From Ascidiella aspersa (taxonomy: Eukaryota), in assembly GCA_963924565.1 (NCBI GenBank), contig OZ004610.1, positions 10,664,001-10,728,000 of the forward strand: a stretch of 64,000 nucleotides of DNA. The letters are read 5' to 3'. The notes under the pieces are model-generated. The model made no database searches. It saw only the letters and a program-made list of their open reading frames with translations, and had not been told where the DNA came from. The position numbers and the translations under genes are program-made. Of this stretch, positions 1-14,322 are shown in pieces; within the stretch, counting starts at the first letter, position 1, and each line of letters opens with the position of its first letter.

Positions 1-1223
1 CGGGCTATATTAAACTTGCCCCCAAAACTATTTAGTTGCCAATCGCTCACAACGAATATTGGTTGTCAACGTAGATTTTAAATGAATATAGGCTTGATGG
101 CTTTATAACATCAATAAAACAACATTAAAGGTAATTAGGTTCAGGCAATCACGCCTTTGATATTTGTGAGCTGTGGTGGTAAACAAAATATTCGGCGACG
201 TGTCACAAAAAGTGAACTTTTTACCAAGACGATTATAACATACAAAAGACAAATGTTGACATACGCCTCCAGCGTTTGAAATGCGGGTGTGATTTTATAA
301 TTTACCTACAAAAATACCTTTTCAAAAGAGCAGTGTTTTTGAGCTTTGGTTAATCTAAACAACAACAACATGGCTCCTAATGCACTTGATCACACAACAA
401 CATTAAAATCGCGCAAAAAACAAGAAATAGAAACAAGTCGATAAAAATCAGCAATGGAATAAATTTTCTAGAAAAATAACAACAGAGAGGATACAGCGCA
501 ATACAAGCAGGGCTATGTGGAGGATATATGGGCTACGGTGGATAAATTACTTGTTATTTCGCATAGACTGCGTAAAATGAAAGTTTAGTCTGGTGTGCAC
601 TTGATGGAAAATCACTGTTTAACTTGAAACGATTTGTTCGTAACTGGCACAAAAACGGCTTGTACATAAATTAAAACGGTATGAGATGTAATTTACAGTT
701 GCTTAAATAGACAACATGGAAAGTTGGAAGTGCGTCGGAAAAGTTGACGTAAGTGATAATTAGGTGGAAAGTCTCGCTTCTTTATTTCGAGTTGCTAACG
801 TGTGTAAGGGGGCGACACGAGCGACAATTTGCGACAGATGCTTTGGCAAAATCTTGTGAGCAAAACGCTCGGCGAATGACAAACAAAAAGGGTCAGCGGT
901 ACTTTTCTTAAAGAACAAAGAGCGCTGTATACACATAAAGTAACGCACTAGAACAATTGAGATCGCGAAATGTCAGAAGATCTAGAAAACCGAGCGAGTG
1001 TTCATAATGCAATCATACTTTTTCAACGAGGTCGCAAACAGTCGCCGCCATCGCCCTTAACGCTGCACTCGGGGATTGCAAGTGTCCGGAAAAAGAAACG
1101 TCGCCCGATCTCCAATCCAATCGCTTTTCTTCGCCGCCGTCAAGTGTTAGAGATCTGGCAGGGATCGTTGACCGTTGACGGGTAGCCCCTTCGATTCAGG
1201 GGAGCCCCCTTTGGAGTCGGGAG

Positions 1224-4200
1224 TCAGGGCTTGTGGAAGCGAGTAAAGCGCTTGGATTCCTCGTGCACCTGCATCTCGTTTGCCTTGAACTCGTTCAGTT
1301 CCTTGCGGATCGACGCCTGCGATATAGAAATCAATAAAACTCGCGTTAAAAACGAAGTCACTTGCCAGTCTGAACGCGCCGAATGTTGCTGTAGAACAGT
1401 GATTCTCAGCGTTTACGGCTTACGGCACCTCTCAAAAATAATACATAGATTTGTGAAATTTTCGTTGAGCATTTTCTGAAATGTCACTACAAATTGAACT
1501 GAAACAACAAAATTAACTCAAAACATGTAGGAAAATGTCGTTTGATATAATGGTCTTTATTCATACACAAGGAGTTGTTTTAAGAAGCTTACAAATTGAA
1601 CAAAAAATCAGATTCTTAATATTTTTTGGCACCCTTGAGCATAAGAAATGTCACACCAGGGCGCGGCACCCCGGTTGAGAACCACTGCTGTCCCAAGAAG
1701 GGAGAAAGGTAGCGTTTTGTGTTTTAAGGTAGAAAAAACATTAGTATATTTGACTAAATGCACGACTCTTTAAGCAAGTGTTTCTCAACCTTTTTATGGC
1801 CAATCTGTTCTTTTTTTAGAAAAGACAGAACGGAAAATCATAAAGGAAGTGACTGAAGTTACAAGGAAATCACAAAATAGAGTTGAATTACCCAAAAATA
1901 CAAACAACCGCCTCGACAATGCCATCTGGCAAGCGTATCAAGTTAATGCTATTGACAGACGTTTAGTTGGCATATTATGTATCGTTTTTAAATTATAGCA
2001 TCGAAGTAATACAACAATGTTAAATACGCGACGTCTTTATTTTGATTTTCGCGAATACGCTAATAATAATCCAGCAATGTGAACTAAGCGACCAGAGTCA
2101 CATTCGTTAAAAATGACTGAGTGTCTCTTTTACCGCCACTTTTACTGTTTGATTGATTTCAGTCGGTTGTTAAACATTGCATAATCCTGCGCGTTGAGCT
2201 ATCTCGTTTAACTACAGCTGAGTGGGGCTAAACAAAAATTGCTTGGCGACGAAAAGCGTGGGAATGTAATCACGTTACAGCGATTGCATATTTCCAGATT
2301 GGCGATAGGCGTCGACATAGAATAACGTTAAATCCTAACAGTAAAAAATAAAAATAAAACATTTAACTTGCCAAGAACAGCTTGGTAAGATTCCAGTATT
2401 TATTGTATATTTCGTGCACAGGCAAATTTAAATAAGATAATATTTTTTTTCTAAAGGTTTGTAACGATGCTAATCCTATTTTACGAGTTGTCTATAATAA
2501 CTTTGTTCGATCCAATTAAAAAATATCCCTCAAATGGCGTCTAAAGACTTACATTAAACAGCAATCCTAACTTTGAACGCAAAATAACACAAACCAATAA
2601 TAACTAAAATACAGCCTTGTGGTTTTGCTTAATAAAGAGCTACCAGATTGCTGTTATTTTTTTAGCTGCCGTTTTATTTGTGTTATTAATTTGGCGATTC
2701 CTTGCTAACAAGGTTATATTCAGTACTCTATGCAGAACAAAATGATTGACGGGCAAATGCCAATTGCATACCTTGTCAGCGGGCGTGAGCCTGGTCCAGG
2801 GCTTGTCTCCCCTCCTGTCGTAGTTCTGCACCTCGTACACCTCCACGTACTCGTGCCAGTTGATGAGGACCTTTCGTTCCACCAGCTCCTTCACGGTCGG
2901 TCGCATCGACAGCTTACGGGTCAACTGACGTTTCACCTGCGTAATTTCGCCAAAGTGTGTTAGTCGCCAAACCTCGGTCGTGAACTTTTTTTTTATATGC
3001 AACTTTTATTAACCGACGTTAAATGTATCCTCTATTCAGGTCATAGGCCTAGGGCATTGCAACCTATTTGAAGTGTTGAAGTGTTGAATGCGTAGCACAT
3101 GACTAATTCATTGGAAGTTAGTAAACATCAAACAAGCAGACTTTTCAGTACTTTTTAAAGAGTTAACAACTTGTAAAAAGTCCTTACGTTCTTATTTCGT
3201 GAACCGCAGCAAGTTTTAATTTTTTTACAAAAACAGTTAAACTGCCTAGTAGTACTGGGGGCACAAAGCATCGATCGAGACAAGGGGTTACGAACTTACG
3301 AGATAATGCGTCTGGGTCACTGTGATAAACCTGTTTTAAAAGGTCGGGGAATGGCTTGGGCTAGTGATGATAAAAAAGATCTTATTTGAAGAAATCGTTT
3401 CAACATGACAGTTGACAAAAAATATCAACGGCGGCACTATTATTTGATGTGACTATTGTTCCTGTGCCGCAAACACAATAGAGCGTCAATACCCTGCTGA
3501 TGACGCTTGTATTCAACAAATTTGAAAATCTAAATTCATAACTCATTAATAAAAAAAATTACTTCAGTCAGTTATTGTGGTAAGGGCGTAAAAAGTGTCA
3601 TAAAAGGAACCAGATCAATATAAAGATGAGACACAAAGATGAAATTAAAAGCCAGAAAAGCTTTACAAAAAACACGCTGAGTTGCTTTAATTGGCTATTA
3701 TCACTTCACCACTGGCACAAAATCAAAATTTGCGGTACTCGCGAAATTTGCGGCACTCTGTGCGTGGGGAATGATTGTCACATGCCGACGTGAGGTCACT
3801 AACAACTGTCGAATGTTATTGCATCAGCAAAAACTGAAAGCGGGGTTAATATGTAAGAATGCGTGGGACGCCGCTTTAGTGTATTTGGCACGGATACTTT
3901 CGACCTCAAGCGAAGAGTAAGTGAGTAACCACCTGTTCGACTGTCCACACAATTTTATCTGTCTAATTCGATTTATAGTCATCTCATTTACTGTTGTTGT
4001 AGAAACGCGCGCTGAAAATGCCGAGACAGTAGTAATTTTTTGCTTCGTCCAAAAAAATTATTAATACAACAAAACTAAACATGTAAAGTAAAATATTAGT
4101 ATGCCTCCAGCGTATTTCGCAAATACTAGTACACAAAATACCGGCAAAACATATTTCAAAAAAAAGTATTGGATCAATACGTTGGAGCAAAATTGTAAAA

Positions 4201-7200
4201 AAATTAAGTGTTCTGAATCAAGCCGCAGCGTGCTTTTAGTTAGAAAATTGTCGTTTGTTTTACATGACATACCTTCTCCCTTTCAGTTCGTTTATCTTCC
4301 TGCGTTTCGTTTGGTAAAATGTTTCGCTGCTGCAGTTCCTCCTTGGAAGGTCGTTGGCTCAATCGCCTGCACAAAATTTCATGTTAACTGGGAAACATTG
4401 CGTACGCAAACTTAAAAACATGTGTTTTGTTTGTCACTTTTGCTCAGAAAGGTTTGAAAGACATTTGATAGACCAAATCGGTAATAGTTATTACTAGCAA
4501 GGCACAGAAACAATGGTAATTTGAGAGCAAAATTTCGCGAGACAAACTTACAAACAAGATATTCTGACAAGCACGTAGTTCAACTAATTAGGAGTCTGTG
4601 CGCTTGACATTATCATAGTGCGAGATCAAATAAATCGCTTTCACTGACTGACAGTATGTGGCGTAATAAATCTCGCGGTAATGCTCGTTGTCGAGATGTT
4701 ATCTTACCGAGACAGCTATTCAAAAAACTTTATCCATTTACCTAACCACAAAATATATACATAAACGTTTCAACAGAAATACAACATTATGCGGTGCACA
4801 TCAAAAGGTTACCCAACAAACGTAAAATCACTGCTATCGATTAGAAACAAATGTGTCCAAGCCAGGAGTTCCTAAAAATAAATCGCCACACTACCACCAA
4901 GCACATCGGATTCAGTATCGATCAGCGCTTGTTAGTCTTTAGGGCTTTGGGCATTTTAAGCCAAATCAGCAAGAGCGACGGCGGAAATTACGCGCGTAGT
5001 TTTAAAGTCGACGTGCCTTGCTCAGTGTTATGACTGCGGGTCGCGAGTCTATTTCAGAAAACCAGACAGTCAAACGGATTCACCCGTTATTACTACGACC
5101 ATAAGTGGGCATTATGTTTTAGAAACCCAGAAACGACTTCAAGTGTTGGTAACTCCACAGACAGTCTTCAATTTCGCAACGAAATACGATTTGGATTGAA
5201 AACATTGCAGCTAAGAAACTGCAATATAAACCTAATCCCGTTTGACCTTAATACAAATTTATAAATTTGATGCCGAAGATTACAGGTGTTGATAATTCTA
5301 CAGGCAGGTATTTCAATTTTGCAACGAATTACGATTGGTAATGCAAACAATGCAGTTATGAAACTGCGATATAAACCAAAGAGAGTCGTTTGACATTAAT
5401 ACAAATTTATAAATTTGATGCCTAAGATAACAAAACAACATTAACGCTAACTACAAATGATTGAAAATATGTTATTCTTTTTTTTTGTTGCATTCCAAAA
5501 CCCTCACCTGGTAAGGTTGTTTTTAAGATTGAACTGCTCCTCTGTGGACTTGGGAGGACTTGTGATGATGTTTCTTTCCTCAAGTTCTTTTTTGTCGGGA
5601 CGATTGGCGAGTCGCATGGCGAGGGTGTCACGCCTGGCCACCTTGGCCGCAAGACCGCCAACATCTTCATCTAAAAATATATATTTTTTTCGTTTTTTCA
5701 AGCGTCAAGATTTTGCTATACCAAGATTAAATTAGATTGTTGCGACAAGTCATAAATCATCAACCATTTTGTAGTCGCACTAAGGTACAAACCAATAATG
5801 AATGACATTTGAGGGTCTAAAGTAAACTTAGTTGGCCAACCAAGTACGTATAAAGTATCCTTTAGTTAGGATAAAACTTTCAACATTCAAGTAATGTCTT
5901 TGACTTTTTTTAAAAACTTAAAAATGGTGATAAATTGAAGCACCGAGTTGGCAACAGAAGTCATTATATTTATATGCATCTATTGTTCTGTCTTTATATT
6001 TTATTTTACAGTATATATTTGTCAAAATTGCTGAGCAAAGTTATTGCAATAAATTTAAATTGTGTAACCATAAATAACAGGATGCTCAGACAGTTTGTAT
6101 GATTCAGTATCACTCTACTGGCTTATTCATATTAATTCTATCTACCTGTAGGTTCAATCCAGTCACCTTTAAACACTTTTCTTAAAAATTTTGGCAAATG
6201 AGGCATGTCAAAGCATGCATTGGCTAGTTCCTTGTACAGCACTTGCGGCAAATAAAATTAAACAATTTCTATAAACTTAATCATACAAACATATAAGGTA
6301 AACAAATAACTTAAAAATGCCCAATAAACATAGACAGCTAAAATAGGTTTATCATAATTTGATCTATTGCAAAGCTTCTTGTTTGACTATTACTATACCA
6401 ATAATATATCGAACTACATCAGAAATTGCATGTTTTCTCTAAAATTCAGTATCATTTCAAAACAACCCAACCAGCAATACTCAAAATATAAATATGGGCC
6501 CAACCCTGTTGATAAAACATCTTGCAACTCAACACTTCCTCCAGTCTACTGGTTAAGCAGACAACCCTTTTTCTAGCATGTTAGATTATTTATGCGCATG
6601 AAACAACAACAAGACAGCAGCAGTGCCAACATCAGCAAAGTTTGCAACTGAAAGCACAGTGGTCTGACATGAATGGAATGAATGCCTTGAAAACTATTGT
6701 TACTATTGGTCGTTGGTTTCTCTGTCTTTCAGGAAACACTGATTCACTTCACACTTCCAATATTCGCGTCATATTTTTTCCCCAAATAACCGAGCCAAAA
6801 ATTCTGACTTGCGTCGCAACAAAACAAAACAGCATATATAGACATGCAAAGCAATCTGCTTTCAAATTCAGCTAAAACATACAGGTAAACAAGTGGAGCA
6901 CTAATCTTCAACATGTTTGTGTGCGTGTTTATGACAACCAAAAATATTAATACCACCAATAAATACACAACTGCACTTGTGACACACAACTACACTTTCC
7001 ATACTAAGTGTGCACAAACTTTATACTGAAGAACTTTACAATTGAAATAAAGCACTAATCAGCAACTAAAAATACTGCAGTGAGATTTACTTTTTTTACT
7101 ACTTTTTTTTTGCAGGTTGAGCAAAAGTAACAAGTCTAGCATGCAACTTGATTAGGCAGGACCCTACAAAAAGCCCAAAAAGGACCAAAACATCTGTGTG

Positions 7201-10200
7201 TTTCCACAAGGTATTGATTTAAAGGCACCAATCCAAAGTTTGGGTCATTGATTTTTAACCAAGCATTAGGGGTAATCCAGTTTGCGTGTTATCGATTAGA
7301 CAACATGGTTTTAAGAAGAAAAAAGTGAATAGAGCATGGCAATTTAAAACCTGTCAAAATTAGTGAAATCAGATTTTATACCAACAGTTATAAAAGTTTC
7401 ATTTTATCTTTTAAACAAACTTTTAAATAAATTAAGATTTAAATTCAATGGCTTACGATTTGAATTGAAATGCTTAAATTTGACATAGAAGGTTTGCACA
7501 ATCCAAATAAAACAAATGGGGCATTAGACTTCTATTTGAAGTAAAATTGTTGTAAACAAAAAGTAAAAACACAGTTTATATATAAGGAAATGGTCAGTGT
7601 TTAAACATAGCAAAATATCGCGCCACAAGCAAAACAAACTGCAGGATGTGGATCATTGTATATTAAAAAGCAATAAACATCCATCACCATTGTTGCACAG
7701 CCCGATAAAATCGTGACACAAGGCAGTAAACACGGCATGTTTGCAGCACAAAAATACCCACCACACTAGAGCTAACACATTCTTTTTATTAGATTTTCAG
7801 CACAATTAAAATCTAAAACAATCTGCAGACTGTATGGTGTATATAGAATTTTTCAATTTCATCTATATTATATATCATACTTACCTGTACTTTTTTTCAG
7901 TGGACATATTATAATATAGCAAAACAAATGACAAGATTCTCATGCTTTTAACATACCTGCAGTGGATTCAACTAATTAAAAAGGTAAAATGAATAGAGCC
8001 CAATAAAAATGCCCTTACCAGAGTCTTCTTCTTCCTCTTGAGGGTCATCTGGGTCGTCTCGGTAAAGGACTGGACCAAGCGAATCCGTATCTGAGTTATC
8101 ATCATACTGACCGACATCTGCACATGGCTGAGGTTGTGGGACATAGTTGTCGCGAATAAACCTGTATATATAAAAACACATGCAATGCTAGAAACAGCCC
8201 AGTTTGTTGCAAGTAGAAAATGTTGTAATTTAATTATATGATTAGACTGTAATCTTTTATAATGTCATTTGTATAAATATTACCTGCTAAAGTAATCCTT
8301 ATTGTTTAGGGAATGGATTTAAACTGCTGATTCATTTCACCACTTAACTTTAACTAATCCATACTAATATATGGCAAACATTTACATGTACAATTGCTTT
8401 GGCAAGATTGCAATATGTACAAAAGTACAAAAAATATCTACCTAATGACTAAAAACCAAAAGCTAAAATGCTTTAAAAGTACAAACAAGCACTGCTTGGG
8501 AATGGTGATTAGTATTACTAAGTAAACAAAATCAGTTGCAACTACTTACTTAGGAATATCCATTTGAGTACTGCGCTGAATAATCTCAGCGCTATTGGCA
8601 AACATAACAGGACCATTGAGATTGGATTGCTTTGAAGTTGGAACATCTAAACACACAAATTGCACAAAAAATAACATAATCACCGGCTTTATTCAACAGG
8701 CATAGAAATAAAAACTTCTATATGAAAAATATTTTGTCTTGAACTGTGTCATTATATTAAGCTAAAAAGGTGCTTTATTTTTTAATACAAGCAACTGCTA
8801 TTGTACTAGTGGAATACAATTTGGACATTGTCCAATACTGCTAAACAAACAGTGGCATAACTCAAATAGAAATGACAAGTAAACAAACAAAGGCATTTGG
8901 AAAATGTGGGCACTCATACAAGACTTTTGGAGGTAAATCCTACTTCTACTTTAGGATGTTCTGTGGACCTGTCAAAATTGCACTCACAAATTTGATAATT
9001 AGCTTAAGAGGTATCTACCATTTTGTGGTTTTTGAAACTGGGGTTTGCTGTACTGTGGGGGTGGTGGAGGTGCTGCTTGAGACTGGTTTTGAACATCTAT
9101 TCCGATGTGTGTGTTTCGCATTTGATCGCTAACCTAAAACAACAAACGACAAAAGATAATTACTCCAGGGATTAGTGGAGGTCACAAGGGTAATCAAATT
9201 TCTATTGCTAAAAACAATTTAGTGCATAAATGTAAGGCTGGGTAACATGTTCAGTTTAAAGTGACCTGATTAGAAAAAAGGGCTATTTAATTCTGCATAC
9301 CTTAAACTTTTCAATGACACAAGAGGAAACAAACCACATATTTTGAATTAATACAAAATTTGATATCATAGCATAGTAATGTACGATGGAACAGCAATGT
9401 ATGAATAATACATACCTGATCAACGGTCTGTTTGGATGGTTTAGGAAAAGGTTTGGGGGGTGGAGCTCTGACATAATGCCCAGTTGTTGGCCCCGAAGAC
9501 GGATTCTGCAAAATGTAATTACTTTAAATATACATTTTTGTAATTTTTTTCACGGTAAGAAATTCGCCAATGCTCAGCTTTGCAAGTATAAACAAGATAT
9601 AATTAATTACAAATTGGTACAGAGAAGCAGAGCTCAATCTTTGTTGACATGGTTGTATAACTATAAATCCATAAAAGTAGGCATTGTTGCTATTAATTGC
9701 AGTTGTGTAGCACAAATCTCATAAACTCAAGTTTTTACCAAGTGGTATCAAACATTTGACCGAAAAACAAGTAGTACGAAACAAAAACAAACAGGGGTCA
9801 AAGGCAAAAATGATTCAACATAAACCAATCATACCTACTACCTAGTTTAGTTCTAACCAGTTTTTGGGAGATAAATAGATTCTAAAGAATAAGTGGATAA
9901 TGTATTTTTATAGACATTTTTTTGTGATACACAATGTTTTACTTTTTTTGTCAAACACAATTGTTATGATTAACGGTTTTAAATAGATTGTATTCAAACA
10001 GGTATAGTCATGTTAATTTTAGCAATTGATAAAACACTTGATAAATCACTAAATAGCTCACCACATGCGATCTCTTGGCTGCAACAGGACGTTGCATTTG
10101 AGGTTCGAATGACTGACCAGGGCCATCTTGAAAATGATATTCAGCATTTCTAAAAAAATGTAAAATTAAAAAAGACCTTGATGCAGGCAAAATTGAGTTT

Positions 10201-12967
10201 TTTACCTTGAACTTGCTGCAGTTGCTGCTGAGTGTTTTGGTTGGAGTGCTGTTGTTTGTGACGATGTGGAATGTTCAACATCTTTGGATCTACTTGTAGC
10301 ACCGCTTGCAGGTGGATTGTTCACCGGGGGATGGTTGAAAATATTTCCGGAAATTGCCTTACTGAGGTCTTGTGATAGTCGCGCGGCCAGAGCAGGAGGC
10401 ATTGATGCAGCGGTGGTATGGGGACCTCGGTAAGGCTCCCCCGAAGCTTCGCGATCTTGTGGTTGCACACTTTCAGGAACCTGACTTGGCTGGGGTGGTT
10501 TTGTACCATGTGAGCGTGCCATCGGCTGAGGCGGTGGCATCATTCTTGTTGTTGATGATGCATCGGGTGCTGTGTGACCCTCCCTTGGCCCTTTGCCGAT
10601 TAATCCCACCGCCACCATTTCATTCCCTCCAGAGTTTCGCATCTGGAAGCGGCCGACGACAGGCTGATCTCGCATGTTGTAGCCATGCTCAGTGGCAATC
10701 TGGTATGAGTGTCGGTGAGCAATGTGCTTGGCACCGAACTCGGACTCGCGGGATATCTCATCGGATGGTGATTTACGATGACTGCAGATAAAAGATAAAT
10801 CATTAAAAAGCCATTTGTTTATGTAAACAAAAAACAGTTATAACAATACAAATGTAATGTTGTTAAATACTTGTGGGTCAGAATAAGGCATTGTTTGATA
10901 AATGGTGATTTAGTGAAAATATTTTTAGTGAAATAGCTTTGATACATGGTATTACTAAAACTTATTTATAAAAATGAATTTGTCATTCATGTAACAAAAT
11001 GTGAAGCCCATACACATAAATTGGATGACGACTGCCAGGCTCATCTGATTGTGAAGCAAGTCGTTTTTTGTTTGTCACTCGCATCGAATGTGAAGAACCC
11101 TCTGGTTGTCTGAAGCCTTGTTCAGCAGGAGGCACTGAAAACATTTTAGAACATATTACTACCTATCATCATGCACAATTAAAAACATAGCAATAAATCG
11201 CAAACTGTGAAAAACATATGTGTTATCTTGGTTAAAGCAATATATCCCAGAATTACCTGTAACGTCTTGTTTCTTTCCTTTAACTTTATTTCTCCATCTT
11301 GATGAAGCCTGTTTCTTGGAGCTGCCGGACTTTTTCTCCTTCTGGCTTTTATCAGATGATGTGTCGGATGCGTTTGATGACACTGAAGCCAAGCGCTCTG
11401 GAATGGGACTTGGTGCCTTGTATTGCAGACTTGCAACACCTAAACAGATAACTGGCATTATGCGTTTTAGCTTAAACTGAATTGAATATACATAGAGTGT
11501 ATGAGATCCTGCAAAAACAAAAGATGTAAAACTGCAGATTAATCTGTAACAATTTATTTAAAAATAAACACACTGTTTTCAGTTTCAAATATGTAAGCCA
11601 TACAGAGTGAACTGCCTTAAGGTAAACTTGATTGGTTTTACCGGAGTTTCCATTTGTTTCTTGCAGGACACCCTTTTTCATGAGATCCTCTTTGGTGCTG
11701 CGGACAGATATTTTTCGTTCCAAAGCTACAATAAACAACACAAATCACTTTTAAGGCATTTATGTTAAGTTTATACTTAGAAAAACACTCCAATACAGAA
11801 TTGCACAGTAAGCTCTTTAGAATAAAAATAACAGCAATGCTTGTTGTACTTTGTAAAACATGTTCAAAACCTTGTAAAACTTCATTTATATATATGCCAT
11901 GGCAAATAGTACTTTTATATCAGCTAAAGTATCTGGCAGACATGAATTTGCATGGTAAATATCATAACACATATATCCATGTAACAAAACATTTAGGAGC
12001 ATATAATGCAGAAGAGATTTGTCAGTAATGATTTAACCTGTTGCTGTTCTTGTGAATTGTTCACTTTTCTTCTTTTTCTTCCACTTCCAAGGTTGAAATA
12101 TCTTTCTCCAGTTGCTCTGTGCTTTATCTTTCCTATACTTAGGGACATCTTCTGTGCCAATCTCACTGGACGCTTCTACATTATCTAGAACACCATTTTT
12201 GTTTTGATAACGAATGAGAAATTTTTGAATCAACAAAATACAACACAGGTATAACCACATATCAAAAACATAAAACGTGATATAAAAACAGGCCCTCGTT
12301 GAATATTGGCATCAAGTTGGCCTTGAGCAACCTCGTAGCACATTTTCTCTAAGGTCAGCAAGTTATACAATGGAATGTTACTTTTGCAAATTATCGCATT
12401 TAAGGAAATTGCAAAATCCCTTTATTGGCATTACACGTTAGTCGCTCGCCCAATACCCCTTTTTCAACAAAGGTTGTTGCAGACTGCAAAGTAATTAGTC
12501 GGTTACCTGTAAAAAAAAACTGTGACGCCACACTACAGGGAGAGCTATATGTCTTTTTCAAAACTTGACACTCATGTATGTACAATTAGGCGCAACCTTA
12601 CATGGTAAAACATTAAATTTACATATATATCAGTTCCAATCACCAATAAAAACGGCAAAACTGGATATGAATCCAGCTTAGATTCGTATCTGAGGATCTG
12701 ATATTGTATTTTAAACAAACCTAAACACAACATAAATTTGCAGATAAAAAAACACATGTAGTGTTTGTATATTTTTTGTTTGTTTGTTTTGAAGATCAAT
12801 TCAAAAATGTACTTCTTACACTGAATTAATCAGTTACTTCCTTCGATCAGCAAAGTTTACAGTTTACTTATAAGTTAAATAAATAATGTGTAAGTACCTA
12901 GTTCTGGGTCATTGTTTTCTTCATTATCAACAGTAGAGGTAGTTGGCTTCCTTGGAAGGCTTGACAT
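1224..12967 (-). CDS. PHACTR: Phosphatase and actin regulator (RPEL-repeat, PP1-binding protein), ~742 aa, 15 coding exons
   Basis: Phase-consistent GT-AG exons on the minus strand: 12898-12967, 12038-12184, 11642-11725, 11257-11439, 11014-11134, 10206-10781, 10062-10149, 9416-9505, 9019-9133, 8550-8646, 8019-8161, 5508-5670, 4273-4366, 2772-2936, 1224-1316. Motifs: N-terminal [19 protein letters not shown]; RPEL1 [20 protein letters not shown]; three C-terminal RPELs ([51 protein letters not shown]); family C-terminus [47 protein letters not shown]. The middle low-complexity exons are less certain. Confidence 0.93.
1397..1687. mobile_element. hAT (Charlie/Buster-like) MITE in the last PHACTR intron
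   Basis: Ends CAGTGATTCTCA...TGAGAACCACTG; internal CGGCACCC motifs; body resembles 35021-35297; TSD decayed (ctgtagaa/ctgtccca). Confidence 0.65.
5167..5422. repeat. Local direct duplication of ~107 bp (5167-5273 and 5312-5422)
   Basis: Both copies run from TTCAATTT(C/T)GCAACGAA(A/T)TACGATT to TTAATACAAATTTATAAATTTGATGCC. Confidence 0.8.
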
Positions 12968-13139
12968 TGTAATAGGTCAGTATATTCTAAGCTTAAATCG
13001 CTCACATGTTTACAAATTTAAGCACTGGCAAATATAATTATAACATGTGTGTATATGTATATGTAGTTCTGTTCTGAAAAAATTATATACGATTAAATTT
13101 CACCAAATATTTCTTGTCAAAATAAGGTAGGGCTGCAAT

Positions 13140-13224
13140 GGAAGCTGTGATCTAAAATCTTACCACATTTTCACAACTCGTTTCGTTCCTGTAAAAAAAG
13201 GTGATAGGTTTCTAGACCAGCACC
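13140..13224. mobile_element. Right end of the GGYGCTGGTCTAGAATCCTAC-TIR MITE family, upstream of the PHACTR start
   Basis: ATAGGTTTCTAGACCAGCACC at 13204-13224 is the reverse complement of the TIR at 49091; the subterminal sequence matches 49300-49358. Confidence 0.6.
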
Positions 13225-14322
13225 CTGCAATGTGTTTTCAAAGAAACAACAAACTACCATTTTACCTATTTTGACAGTATATATAGGATAGTATGGAGCT
13301 ACCAAGATAAATACACACTTAACAGGTGCATTCACAAAACACTAGACATATTTCTCAACTTGATTGGAAATGTCACTATTATTGGTTTGTATAGGCCTCG
13401 AGTACTGAGTACTGACTAATGAAAACTAAGAAAATATTAAAGATACGAACAATATTTGGAAATTTAAAAACAATATATATTTTGGATGTTTCAACAATCC
13501 TAGTTAAATTTTATTAGGTGGTAAAATATGAACGTATAACAAGGACATTTATTTATTTTTATATACAAAAACGAAAAAGGCTACACTTTATGCAGAACCT
13601 ATATAATCAACAAAACTCTTACGCCTTTTAGAGCAAATTTATGGTAACCCGATCTTAAAGAAACTCTGGTAACCTGCCTTCATATATGGATGGAAAAATG
13701 GTTTATTATTATACAAAACGCATAAAATCTTTACAAAATATGCATATTTATTAAAACCCGCATTATGCTACTCCAACCTGTTTAATAACAAAAAAACATT
13801 ATTGCGTCACAATACGATTTTAGGAGGAACAATAATATTTCTAAACATATGTTTGCAGCATATTTTATTAACTTTCTCTTGAAACCTTTAAGGTAAGTTG
13901 ATTTTCTTTAGTGCTATTGAAATTAACGAATACTTTTGCCGTGGCCCAATGTTCGATTGCTTAACTAATGTTGTGTGAAACGTTTTATTATCGACGGACT
14001 TTTTTTTACGTGTTGGCTAAATTGTAATTTATTTATTTTAAAGACTGTACGTTTCTAAGAACAGTATTTAAAGTATGGGCTGCAATATTTCGACATTTTA
14101 TGCTAGTTTTGCGTTTTATGATCCAAAATAGACGTTCAAATCATTTCTTATCATTTATCACTATTATAGTGTTTTGTGCTACTTTTGCGACGTATTACGT
14201 CTTCTTTATAGGCTTTGTCCAATAAGGATGTCAACATTTAGGCAATAACATAGTTTTACTCTTATTTTTTGTCTTTGTGTTTACCAATCGGCTAAAAGTG
14301 GGTAAAATTTTTTAATTTCTAC

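Noticed and set aside
760-1185. Short ORFs at the window start
   Set aside because: They lie in the PHACTR 3' UTR region with no recognisable homology.
7885-7907. Alternative PHACTR first exon ATGTCCACTGAAAAAAAGTACAG|gtaagt
   Set aside because: Strong donor, but the ATG frame ends in phase 2 while the next exon needs phase 1, and no acceptor is evident.
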